Shown: positions 51,710 to 63,290 of the stretch, piece after piece
How the letters are laid out: each line of letters starts with the position of its first letter
How positions within the stretch are numbered: the first letter of the stretch is position 1
Assembly (NCBI GenBank): GCA_030141605.1
Contig: JAQGDQ010000172.1
Span: forward strand, 62,001-126,000
Direction of reading: 5' to 3'
Length of the DNA stretch: 64,000 nt
From: Tubiluchus corallicola
Taxonomy: Eukaryota; Animalia; Priapulida
Notes under the pieces: generated by a model
The model's database searches: none
Told to the model about the DNA's origin: nothing
The model's input: only the letters and a program-made list of their open reading frames with translations
Translations under genes and position numbers: made by a program

Positions 51710-53266
51710 GTTCACAATAGTTTTAATGCATCTGCAAGAGAGTGTTGCCACTATTTAGTCAACATTAATAATTCCCATTGCCTATTAGTTTTAGCAGTAA
51801 AGCGTTACAATATTTCTTGTTGCCAATTAACCAATATTGAAGCAACAATATCTACAGTAAACAAGTAGGACATCTCCAAATGGAAAAGTCTCTAAAAGCT
51901 AGCAATATAATATCTTCAAACACTTAACATTTAAGTAAATAAGCTCTTCTTTCAGGTGTTACCACCAGCTTTAAACAAATTCAGGTAATGGCAGAAAATG
52001 ATTAGATTTAATTGCATTGCATTTAACTATCAAACATGCGATGCAGTAATCACATGTACTTAGGTATTAAGATATACATATTTTACCACACAATTTACAC
52101 TATATTGGTTTACACAGTTTTAAGTTACAAAGAAACATGCGTTTATTGAGAACACTGACAGCACTTTTTTAATATAGTAAGCATAACATATAACTTACAC
52201 ATACTCCGAAACTTACGAAAACCGAAAAATTTCGGATCAAATTCTAAAACAGTTTATTCATTTCACACAGTATTCACATCAATGTTGTTACCTAGATTTA
52301 TAGTCAGTACACAAAAAAAATTCTAATGCAAATGTATCCGATCATTAACTGTAGGAGCTCAAGCAGTAAGAAAAAAGCTTGTAAGAGCGGAAATGAATCA
52401 ATTACCGTTGTGCAACTCGGGTCAAATCTGCAATAGCTTCTCTGTACACGATTTCCGTTCTCGTGACCATGTGTAACAACTCTATGCGCAACTTGCCTTC
52501 TCGGGGCTATCTGCTTTTGTGTTTACAAAGTACTCAAAGTAAACTACTGTGTTTGTAACTCTTATTCTTATGAGGATAATGTATGTGTAATTGAATTGAA
52601 CATCACAAGATTTTATTCACATAAAGCCATTGATAAAATGGCCTAACTGTTGCATGTTTGGAAGTGCAGCCTTAGCACGAATGTAGTAAATAGCTGCTTG
52701 ACAAAAACTGAAATAAGCTCCCTTGAAAAAAGGTATTATGACCAACAAATACTAAAATACATTTTAGTATAGGAACAAAAAAAATCACGTTAACTGGAGA
52801 AGTGTAACAGTTTTCATGCTGGCAATGTTTAACAATATTCAATAAGACAAAGAAATCTGAAGTTAAAGTTCAATCAGACAGATATTATAATAAATGTTAA
52901 ATTACAAGTAATAAATTTTTATGTCTAATAGCCTTGTCATAGTCCTCACACAATTATTGACTACCAAATTTTCTTGCATCTTTACCATATAAAGTTTTGA
53001 CTCCTTTTAGGTTCTGCTGTCACAGTCTAAATACCTATCCATAGTTATCGGAGTTTGTCCAGCAAAAACTCTACACTGTAGAGGCAAATCAAATCCAGTT
53101 GGTATGGTAATGAAAAGACAGCAGGTTCAGTAATGAACTGACAAGATAATAAGTAATTGTTGATGCCCTTCTTGCTATGCCGAGAATTTGAAACCTTTAT
53201 CAAATAATATGAGCTTTAGAGCATCATCAGTACAACAGTTACAGTATATAGAGTGCTGATAATAAT

Positions 53267-54520
53267 TTATGTTCTCACTTGGAATCTGCCAGCTTTGGTC
53301 AGATATTTCACTCCCTTGAATGGTTTATATTTCTCACCATACATGTCTAGTCTATTAACCTTGAGACCAGAAACGGTTAGCTGTGGAATGGTAAACTGAA
53401 CTGTAATTGGTGGATTCCCATCTGGTAATGGAGTGCCTGACTGTATAGTAATGGAACCTTTAAGTGAAGGAATTTTACCCGGTTCCACTTTACCAACCTC
53501 CCAGGAGAGGTGCTTGCTATGAGGGTCAAAAGAATACTTTCCCTGACTAGGATTCAAGCCGACATTTAAAACTGTTTTAGGCATCATGATCTCAAGTATA
53601 ACATTCTCAACCATTTTTCCCATTGTCTGTTTGGGTCCCACGCTGAGCTCCAAGCGACCAGACCCACCTTCACGAAACTGTATATTGTACTTGATATAGA
53701 CAGGTATGGCAACAATTCCCTGGGAACCTATGTGGTAGGACATCAGTCGAAAGTTCCCATCCGGAGGTACAAAGGACAAAAGACGTTCCGATTCCCATCG
53801 CTTGAATCGAACACATGGATGAAAGCTAACATCATCCAATAGTCGGGGATTCATAAAAGACAGTGTCAGATCTGGCATTCCACTTAGCTTCACACAGCAA
53901 TCGACGTAACCCTGAATCTCAGCAAATACTGTAGATCCGTTCCGGTCGATAATGGCATCAACTTCTTCAATAACATCAAAGTAAGCTTCGTTATTAGTGT
54001 ACTTTACGCCCGTTCGACGCCATGGGATGTTAGATAGCTGACCGGTTGGTAAAGTTTCACTCATATTAGACTTCCCAGTCACAGTATTCGCAAGTTGTCG
54101 AAGAATATTTGGAGGCTTGATAAGTTCTTTTAGAACATTGGCTTCAGTAGCAAGTGGGAAACCATTATCTAACATTTCCTCCAACAACTCATAAACAACA
54201 ACATAGTTTTCTTTCAATATTGTTTCCGAGCACTCGGAGAAATAATCCATAAATGTGTCGACTACTCTATGCAGAAATTCTATGACAAACAATGGAGAAA
54301 CTTCTGTCATAACAACTGCAACAAAAAACACCTGGCATCTATATATGCTGATCAGGTAATGATGAGGTGTGGTAATTACTGGAGGAATATCATCACTATT
54401 GAGGGTCTTCCGCTGAACATCGAAAAAGTAATCGCATATGGATCGTGGAATAACGCTTTTCCAATGTTTTTCCATGAAAACATCACCGTGCGAATTTATC
54501 ATAAACAAGCTGTGAATCAT
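53267..54520 (-). CDS. AP3M1: AP-3 complex subunit mu (mu3), single-exon CDS, 417 aa
   Basis: ORF MIHSLFMINSHGDVFMEKHWKSVI...EEMLDNGFP...IPWRRTGVKYTNNEAYFDVIEE...DDVSFHPCVRFKRWESERLLSFVPPDGNFRLMSY...VSGLKVNRLDMYGEKYKPFKGVKYLTKAGRFQVRT is the recognisable mu3 sequence. The true start is the ATG at 54520, not the upstream TTG used by the ORF track. Confidence 0.97.
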   Translation of the reverse strand: MIHSLFMINSHGDVFMEKHWKSVIPRSICDYFFDVQRKTLNSDDIPPVITTPHHYLISIYRCQVFFVAVVMTEVSPLFVIEFLHRVVDTFMDYFSECSETILKENYVVVYELLEEMLDNGFPLATEANVLKELIKPPNILRQLANTVTGKSNMSETLPTGQLSNIPWRRTGVKYTNNEAYFDVIEEVDAIIDRNGSTVFAEIQGYVDCCVKLSGMPDLTLSFMNPRLLDDVSFHPCVRFKRWESERLLSFVPPDGNFRLMSYHIGSQGIVAIPVYIKYNIQFREGGSGRLELSVGPKQTMGKMVENVILEIMMPKTVLNVGLNPSQGKYSFDPHSKHLSWEVGKVEPGKIPSLKGSITIQSGTPLPDGNPPITVQFTIPQLTVSGLKVNRLDMYGEKYKPFKGVKYLTKAGRFQVRT

Positions 54521-54853
54521 GTTTCTTGAAAGTAATTGCAAATAATAAAATCACGAAGTAAAACCAACAAAGTTAAAATGTAACACGTCAAGCTTTCAGG
54601 TTGCCGAATTTGTGAAAATCCAGGAAAAGTGCCAACATAAAATCTATACCATTTTTGGTTTGCAATAGTACAAACCTTTTTATTTCTTTTGACAAGATGT
54701 GCTTCACGCGTATCAAAGGTTGCCCGCCGAAAATTTGTGCAACATGACCAGTTTGTATTACGATAATGCATTATTTGATTTATTTCTCTGTTTTCTGTTT
54801 TTAACTTTTCTGTTATTTGTCTCTTGCTCTTAAAGAGCAATTTGCGTGCAGTG
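54521..54853. promoter_or_regulatory. Putative compact bidirectional promoter / 5' leader region shared by AP3M and ANKLE2
   Basis: Divergent ATGs are 333 bp apart. The centre is locally CpG-richer (ACGCGT at 54706-54711, GCCCGCCG). A pyrimidine tract plus AG precedes each ATG on its own strand. Confidence 0.65.
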
Positions 54854-57800
54854 ATGGAAGGAAACGTTTCAAGCATCTTGTGTAACATAACAGATAATGA
54901 ATTAAGAGAAAAATTAATTAGTTCTGGCCAAAATGTGCCTCCAATTACTTCTTTTACTCGACCTTATCTTTTAAAAAGATTAGAAAATATATTGACTGGC
55001 GGTCAGTCCACATTGCCATTGCTCGACAATCAGGGTAGTTCAGAAAAGGTAGACGATTGTCTGCACACTATGGGATATGAAGGCCACTTATGTAACTGCG
55101 ATTCTGCTAGTGACGGTTCAATCCGTGATGTTCAAAAGATTAATGTGTATGCAATTTTCTGTTATTTTCGTTTAGCTGTAGAAGCATTAGAAAGAATTTC
55201 GCCTACAAAGATGGTAAATGAAATGACGATCATGGAATTACCTTACGTTATGTTACCTTATGTTGTTTTTTACCAAGTAATATGTATACATATTCGTATC
55301 CGTATCCTTGAAGGAGGCTTTGTAGTTGTAGACTATCTCCTTCCCAGCCCAGTGCTTGTCCAACCTTCTCTTAAATACATCTACACTTGGTGAGCATATG
55401 ACGTCATTGGGTAAACTATTCCATGCATGTACAAGTCTGTGTAAATAAGTAATACAGTGGGCGCCACTTAATAGACTCAATCGCTTGATTGACTCAAAAA
55501 TGCCTGGTATGAACCAGCTTCTATTCAAATGTACATAAAAACTGTCGGTAATTGACTCAGATAACTTTGCATAATTCACTCAATATTTTTGCGTCACATG
55601 CTTCAATAACACACTTTTGTGTGACAAATAAGCTTTTATGACTTTTATATCATCTTAGTTCACTTTTGTCTTATAATATACATAGAAACAATCATGTTAC
55701 AGTTTTGTTTGTATGCAAGAACGTTTATCATATGCTAATATGCTAGTCTAATGGTTTGCTTTGACCCACGTCCGTCCACTGTAATAAACCTTGTTACTCA
55801 AGAATTGCTAGAATCTAAACAATCACTTCTTTGGCTTTTGAAAGTCTGACTATCTTTGCCCGAAAGTTTAATCAATTAGTTGCTGCTGTTATGCTAGGGA
55901 CACAGCTACAGGTACAGTGGGATCTTAGACAAAGCTACAAGGAAACACCGGCACCACTAACAGTTTAAGCACGCCAAGCACTGCATATTTTATTAGAATT
56001 TGTGCATCGTACAACAACAGATTTTCAATGTTTTTTATCATTATGAGAACTTTGTGAGCCAACTTCTTCACGATAAAATGAAGCAGCCAACTTTGAAAGA
56101 ATTTTTGTAATTTTTGCAAATAATTAATTAGGCTTGTGTTATTTAGAAAGCATACTTTTTAATTTATTGCTGATTCACTTATAAAATTAATATTTTAAAA
56201 TGTTTTTTTTCTAATTTTTAACTGCACAAAAGAATTTAGCCCTTACGTCGTTTCTAAAATTCATTAAAAAGCTTTGCAGTGCATAATAAGCTGGTGACTC
56301 ATACTATACCAGTAATACAACACCCATCGGGTAATAGGTTCAGTCGGTTAATTGAGTCAAAACACTTCTGTCCCAAAGTGTGTCTATTAAGTGGCGCCTA
56401 CTGTATATAAGCTGATAGACCTTTTTAAAATCAATTTATATTCAATTTAAAATGAATTTTTCACCTCGTCAGCATTGAATTGTAATTTATTTGCCTATGT
56501 TTAGAAACATAAAACTGGTCGTCCTTATTTCCGATTGACTGAATTACTGTAAGTGTAATCTAGGTTATCCTGATCAGCAAATATTTATATTTATTAATAA
56601 GTATATCATAAATTACATAGGCCTATTGTGAAATGATTGTGCATAATATTCATAAGTACAACACAAATTCTACTTTACTTAGCACTTCTGGAAAAACAGC
56701 AGACGATGATGACTCTAGTACCTATTATGGAGTCTGGCTCCCTCCAGAACTTGCAACTGAAAGCCAAAAAGGTAAGAACATCACAATGAATAGAAATTAC
56801 CTTTTGCCTTCGATTACCTTCGATGATTGGGGTGAGGCTAATAACTTTTTATCCATGGTTGCTACTTAATTGTACACATAATGTTGTGGATCCGGTTAAA
56901 CACTGTAACTGTTAATACTATGTCATTGTGATGTATAGTCAGGTGGAAGTCTTTAATTCTCTGCTAACAGAGTCCATTCAGGCTGAAATGGGTTGTGACA
57001 CCTTTCATGATGGTTTTTCCAATGCTGATCCAGTTGTGACTTAAAGTGTGAAGCATCAGTGGCACACCATACCTTAGTATTTAATGAATTCCAAACATTG
57101 ACACTCTTAACGTAAACCTATTCCTGTGTCTGCTTCTCAGCTTAATAACTTCGTATCCAGTATTTCGTAGATTATTAGCAAAATAACAACCAGGCTGTAG
57201 TTTAGTCAGATTGCTCTTGATACGAAACATCGGAATGAAATTGCCTCTCTTCCTTCGAAATCTCAGTAAGGGGAGTTTCAAATTCCTCATCCGTTTTGAA
57301 TACGTCAGATGTCTGGTGGTAGGAACTAATTTTATAGCTCAATATTGAACAGATTCCACTTTCTTTATTGCTTTCAGTCTAGATGGATTCCATGTGACAT
57401 CTCCATAGTCAAGAATAGGGCAGACGATAGTTTTGTATAGAATCAGAAACATCAGGATATCTAGGAATCTGAAAGTTCTTCTAATTAACCAAAGCCTCTT
57501 TCTTTGTGACTTCATCAATATGTTGGTTAAATGACAGCTTGTTATCCACATATACCACAAGATCCTTTTAAAACTCAATTCGCGTTATAACTCTCTGTCC
57601 GATGGCGATGTTACAAAAATGCAAGAATGCAAGCCCCATGTGGTATGTATTCCACTGCAGTGTTTTACGATGTGCACTTGTGTAACAGAGGCATACACAT
57701 TTAATTTTTGCTTTTCAGTTGTTTTTAAAAGTAAAGCAGCAGCACTAAGTTTAGCAAAAGCACGAAAAGGATCTCGTTTTAAGGCCTTTACGTCTAGAGA

Positions 57801-60800
57801 TGAGGCAGTCACTTTTGCCAAATCTGATGAATGCAGTCTTGACTTGTCTGCATCTAGTACGACACAGCCATCAGGCGGTAAGTCTGACTGTTCTTTGATA
57901 TTTTCACTGCCAACACATCAACTACCAACGTTATTTTTGCATTGTAAAGCTATCTAGTGCATTATTATCATGTACTAATAGTGGTACAATATTTTTTTTC
58001 AATTGCATGTCTGTCTCCTATTGCTTCAGCCTGTGAGTTTGGTCTGATGGCAAGATGAATTAAAGCCTTAAAAGTGATGTCTGTGATCCCGTTTCGTCAG
58101 ATAAAAATAACAAAAGTAGTAATAATAGCTCACTGCCGTGTGCTGCACCATACTGCAGATGCAAAATGCAAAACTGAATGTACTCAATGCATTATAAAAG
58201 CTGCTCTCTGCTTGGCTCCTTTAGGATTTGCCATTTATAGAAATGAGTGGCTATCACAAATCTAATTTAATCAGTATTTTTATAACAATTATATATACTT
58301 ATACGCACTTTCATATAATCATTATTATAATCAAATAGAGCTTGATTTTATTAGAAGATATTCATACATACGCATACAATTTTTGTTCATTTCTTTTGGA
58401 CACAAACTTAAAATTATATTTATGTAAAGTTGGATATCAGCAAATATTTTTAGTATTAGCCCACTATTAGTGCATGCACATAATTTTTATTTCAGAGCCA
58501 GTTTGTGCTTTCAAGGGTCCAAAAACTCAAGAGCTGACTGTTTTTAGAAGAGCTATTGAGGCAGGAGATGGCGTCAAAGTCACAAACTTAATACATAGCA
58601 ATCCACGTTATTTGTTCAGCAGTGGTGACACACCTGTTATATTACAGGTTGCTAACTGTATTTGATTATAATTCATGATCTTGCATTTATAAGGTTTTAT
58701 ATTCACAATAGCTACTCACACACATTTGTTGTTTATTTGTTGATGATTTTACAAGCCATCTAATGTTTGGGATTTTTATTTTTAATGTTTTAGGAAGGTT
58801 TTCGTTACAATGCTTTGCATGTTGCTGCAAAGGCTAATCGAGCAGATATGGTTAAACTGATTTTAGAGCATGTTCAAGATGCTGACTTGTATGAATTGAT
58901 GTACCCTGGTGAGGCTGAGGAATCGCAAAACCAACGAATGAGACATTTGTTGGACCTATATCTGAATACTCCAGACAAAGGGGTTAGTAATTGAGTATGG
59001 TATTTTGTTACATTTCATATAGAATGTAAAGATATCATTTCGCTACAGCTGTATATATAGCACGTCACAGCAAAAATATTTTGCAATTGATTACTTGTAT
59101 TATATGGCTGGCTACTCTTAATTTTTGTCAATATTTATTAGTTAGTTAGATTGTGACTGTGACTGCCAAAGTGTTTATAAACCATTGCGGTTTGTTTTTA
59201 ACAATTATTACCTATTGCTGGTAATGAGTTAAAGAAAGAAATGAGATGCTAAAAAATTGTTGACTAGTCGGGATTTGAACCAAAGACCTGGGATTAGTAC
59301 TCACATGCTCTGCCAACTTTGTGACTATTTTAACATCATAGAATAGGCCTGAGATGTCCTCCTTGAAGCACAAAATTCAGCAGTGCCACCTGTACCCATG
59401 ATAATAAGGGGATACTTATGGTGTGGTAGTGAGTAACTTTTCTGCACTAGACAAGATGTGTAAATGGAGTAGGAACTTATTTTTGTAACTGTCATAAAAA
59501 GTGTGTTAATATGAAGAAAACTTCACTTCTCCTTCATCTGCCGGCTCTTTCATCACTCAGTTTTACAGACAAAGCACACTGTGCAAGTGGTCACTTGACT
59601 CAAGTGAGAACATGGTTCATTGGAGCATGGAACATAAGAAATTGGCATTTTACACTCATTCACTATTTTTTCGATTTTTTTTTATTTCTTTACAGTTCAC
59701 TGGCCTTTGTTATAGGTTCAGTTTTACAGAAATGCTTTAGACTATGTTATTGCTTTATTGCAACATCAGAATTTTTGCTGTAGGATCTCCAAATATTGTC
59801 TTTAACATTTTTGAAAATGAAATGTTTGTTAAAGCTTCCTTCTGAAATTTTAGAACAAATGCTGTAAGTTTTGTTCATAATAGGTCACAGGTTTGCATGT
59901 GATGACATTTCCTACAGTGAAGCAGAAAAAAAATTTTTTTTATTTTTAATTATATAAATTTTATTTTAGTGTTGTGAGACACCACTGCACTTTGCTTGTA
60001 AATTTGGAGCCGCACAGGTTGTAGAAGTTTTAGCATCTTATTCTTTCACTGACAGACAACTGAGAAACAAATATGGAGAATTACCGTGTGAGGTAACAAC
60101 AAATTCTTGATTTTGTTTTTTGTTTTGTTGCTCCATCTTGTTGCTCCATCCAAGTTTTTTAGTTTTCAAAACCTGAACATATGCATTTCTGGGTGATTTT
60201 TTAAAATGGTCTGTTATTGAAGTATTATTGTTGATAATGGCGAAAACATATTTTGTTTTGCATCTTATTGCTATTAAAGGGGTAAATTGTTTTTTAACAT
60301 TAAATCGCCAAAAATTGTTGTATTTTTTGGTAACTTCCTGATGAAATATGCCATCCGTAGACATATGATTCTGTTAGCTTTAAAGACCTCTAATTACATG
60401 ATAATGATACTATTTCAGATTGGAACATTGCAAATGTAAAGAAGTTGGTCAATTTTTGATTTTTTTTTTAATAATTAGTCCATTTTGCAAATTCTAATAT
60501 GATTTTTGTGGATTTAAAATTAAAAACTTCTGATGCAAATGTTTTCGTTATTATGTTAAAAATATTGCAACAATAAATTAACGGTGTATACTGAACAGCT
60601 GTAGCATCATCTTATTTTTAGGTAATATGCCAAAGAGTGAGATCAGTTGTACCAGGATTAGCTAATCGAATCAAAGAGGCTTTAGAAGGTGAAATTTGAT
60701 TTTCCAAAATTTTGAAAATTAGTCAAACTTTTTAAGCAATTCAAAACTGCTCAATGTAAATATTTGGGTGACAAAATGTAGAAGCATAGAACTTGCAGTG

Positions 60801-62366
60801 TAATTTATATGTCTTTACATGTTTAGATCAGTATTATGTCCCTGTGCTTCGGAGTGATGATAATTCTATGTTTCCGCATGTGGGTCATCCTTATTCACCT
60901 CATGAACAACAAGCAACTGACATGAATGACCAACTGCAAAATGACAACTATGGCAGTCCAGTGTCTCCCGTTTTACAAATAAAAGCTTATGCTGGGCCAA
61001 TGTCAAGCAACAAGGTAATGTGACCAGTAATCTTAAAATAACTAAAATTCACTTATGAGTATATTACCATGAACAGGTATTATTTGTGGCTAGTTCCAGT
61101 TATCACATCTGTCTGTCTGTCTGTCTGTGTTTCCAAGGTAGTAGCTAGAGAACTTTTGAAGCGAGTGCTATTGTTCTTTAAGATGTTAAAATGAAAATGA
61201 AAGCAAATGCTTATGTTTTTATATTAGTTTGAAGTTATTCACAAACAATTGGCCAATGTCATTGAGACATAACAGGTTGTTCATCTAGACTTCATTTTAC
61301 CTGACACGAAGATAGAAAGAGAGAGGTGAAAGATCAAGGGTGAAGGTCATGGAAAAGTCATGAAGTTCTTCTTGTTAAATAATGAATTCCTTATTTAATG
61401 CGTGTTATTATCATGTAAGACAAGCAGCTTGATAATTCAAGAACCGAACTCTCTTAATGATTTCAATATCATCTTAAAGAGTGTATTTTGGGTTAGATTT
61501 TCAGTTGTTAGGGTCATTATCAAAATAATAATCAAATATTTGGTTGTTCAGTATATTTGTCCTCTTGATGATCTCAACAGTCAAGAATAATTGACAAACC
61601 AAGTTTGAGAACTTGTAACTAACTTTTTTATACTATTTCTATTTAATTTATTAACTTAATTCATATAACTTTTAAATGAAATTAATACCAGTAGGCCTTA
61701 TACTCAATTAGTTAAGTGGCAATTATGCATATGACATCATTCATAACAATTCAGCTTACAGATCCATAAATATTCAGCCTGGTCTTGGATATGTTATTAG
61801 CTTATATTTCAAAGAATCTTAGTTCAAATTTACACCAATACTACTTTTTTCATTTTGCTGTCAAATCTACACAAAACCTATTGTTTATTCTGTCATTAAT
61901 TCCCATTTTGTCCAGGGACATCATGATGTATGACTGGAAAAGTTGTGCCATTTATTTTTGGTTTTAGGCAGAACATTTTTACAGACTGTGGAAATCTCCA
62001 TCACGTGGATCAAGTAATATTCACGAGCACAAACATGTATGTCGCGGAGATAGTGATAAAGGACTAGAGAGAATTGGAAGGTAATATAACTAGTCTCATT
62101 CTATTTAATTTTAACTTGTTTATGTCCAGAATGGAATGCATTTGCAACAATATAGTTGGTCATGGTTGTACCTTAATATATACTGCTTTTTTGTTGTGAT
62201 ATTAATATAATTGAAGGTTCGATTTTTTTTAATTTTTAGGCGTCTTTCACGGGAGTTTAAGGTGCCCTGGGTGGAATATTGGCACTTTCTTGGAGACTAT
62301 ATCGACATATCCACGCGGTCTGGCCTCTCAAAGTTGGAATATTATCTGCAAAATAAAGCATTACAG
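54854..62366 (+). CDS. ANKLE2: Ankyrin repeat and LEM domain-containing protein 2 (LEM4), 3'-partial
   Basis: Predicted exons: 54854-55146, 56683-56771, 57719-57877, 58496-58647, 58794-58982, 59970-60092, 60622-60688, 60827-61014, 61968-62080, 62240-62366. LEM domain (DNELREKLISSGQNVPPITSFTRPYLLKRL), caulimovirus-like domain (YYGV..KGSRFKAFTSRDEA), [81 protein letters not shown]. The exon 1 donor (GT|gtatgc at 55147) is the least certain boundary. Confidence 0.93.
55235..55445 (-). mobile_element. LINE (CR1-like) 3' end with short repeat tail
   Basis: RLVHAWNSLPNDVICSPSVDVFKRRLDKHW is the classic CR1-type ORF2 C-terminus, followed by a degenerate TAAGG/TAACG-type tail at about 55235-55265. 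Confidence 0.8.
55455..56403. mobile_element. Tc1/mariner superfamily MITE in ANKLE2 intron 1
   Basis: TA|CAGTGGGCGCCACTTAATAGAC ... GTCTATTAAGTGGCGCCTACTG|TA (21/22 TIR match), with a repeated AATTGACTCA-type subterminal motif. Confidence 0.88.
56930..57560 (-). mobile_element. Degenerate LINE (CR1-like) reverse-transcriptase C-terminal fragment
   Basis: LIRRTFRFLD...LYKTIVCPILDYGDVTWNP...IKKVESVQ and LKLPLLRFRRKRGN, with frameshifts and stops. Confidence 0.82.
59250..59320 (-). mobile_element. tRNA-derived SINE-like head (degenerate)
   Basis: AAAAAATTGTTGACTAGTCGGGATTTGAACC...CTCTGCCAAC gives A-box-like and B-box-like motifs on the - strand. Confidence 0.5.
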
Positions 62367-62875
62367 GTTTATCTAATAGAAAGTTTTTAGTTCAAATTAT
62401 GAGGGTTTATATACTTTCAAGTAAACAAACTTTTGTTATACAATTTGTCAAAGTATACATTTGTTACATAGCGTTTAAATTGTACATTTCAGTAGCAATA
62501 AGTATTAAACTCCAGAAGAGTATCGAACCTAGCTGATTATAAAGGGCAGTTTTCCCAGATGAGATAGTGAACTGGCAAATGATTTTAGTCAGGTTTACTT
62601 GTATGGCCGAATATACGTCCTTCTTCAATGGCAGATAAAATCAGAAGTGGTTTTTGGACTATCACCCAATTAGCTTCTAACTATACCCATGCTGTTTTAC
62701 TTTGTGGTAAAGCCACTCAGCTATTTTCTTAATCTCAAGACACTTCTTTTATTTTATTTTTACATATTGTTTAAGCTCATTGTTTGCCTTGTAGTCTCAT
62801 TACTAAGTGTGAAAAACCACTACATTCACAGAGAAGCCAAGTAACCCAGTTACATACGAACATATAGTGGTAGCA

Positions 62876-62896
62876 AATATATATATATATAGTTTT

Positions 62897-62942
<46 letters not shown>
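62876..62942. repeat. (TA)n microsatellite
   Basis: Directly visible; interrupted once. Confidence 0.95.
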
Positions 62943-62944
<2 letters not shown>

Positions 62945-63039
62945 AAAACTACAATGTGCACTAACTGACTTAGTGGCAAGGAAAAATAAAAGTTTAAAAG
63001 TACAAATCAAAATTAACAATAAACTGTAAACTAAAGGCT

Positions 63040-63290
63040 CGCCTTTGCGACATCTGGTGCTAGGGCAGTGACCAATGCCTTGACCATCGATATCCACTCC
63101 TCTGGTGTGCCCCACAGTGTGGTGCATGTTGGAGAAATTTGTCACCAAAAAACCTTTCCTTTCTAGTGAACAAGCCTTTACGTGCTTCACAAACTGACGT
63201 CAATGTGCCAGGTTTGTGATACAGGTGTACAATAAAATGATCCAGCACAGGCATGAGTTCAGTCAATAGTTCAGCACTAGTAGTGTTTCT
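63040..63290 (-). pseudogene. Frameshifted relic of a DNA-transposon protein (possibly Academ/XPG-type)
   Basis: LDHFIVHLY..SVCEARKGLFTRK followed, after frameshifts, by ISPTCTTL..HTR resembles the FVCxLY..ARxxLF..PPTxxALxxHxxR pattern of invertebrate transposon ORFs. Nearby CCATTTTG repeats lie at 63480-63920. Confidence 0.4.

Noticed and set aside
54521-54541. 7-aa N-terminal extension of AP3M from a TTG start
   Set aside because: This is eukaryotic DNA, the conserved mu3 N-terminus begins MIHSLF, and the extension crosses a probable splice acceptor.
54269-54888. ORFs antisense to AP3M or spanning the intergenic region
   Set aside because: Shadow ORFs of real coding and promoter sequence with no homology cues.
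54824-55393. 189-aa ORF as a stand-alone LEM gene
   Set aside because: Its 5' part is ANKLE2 exon 1 and its 3' part is antisense LINE sequence.
55898-55911. Possible 14-nt ANKLE2 microexon (ag|GGACACAGCTACAG|gt)
   Set aside because: It lies inside the 55455-56403 MITE and is unnecessary, because the phase-2 donor at 55147 joins exon 56683 directly.
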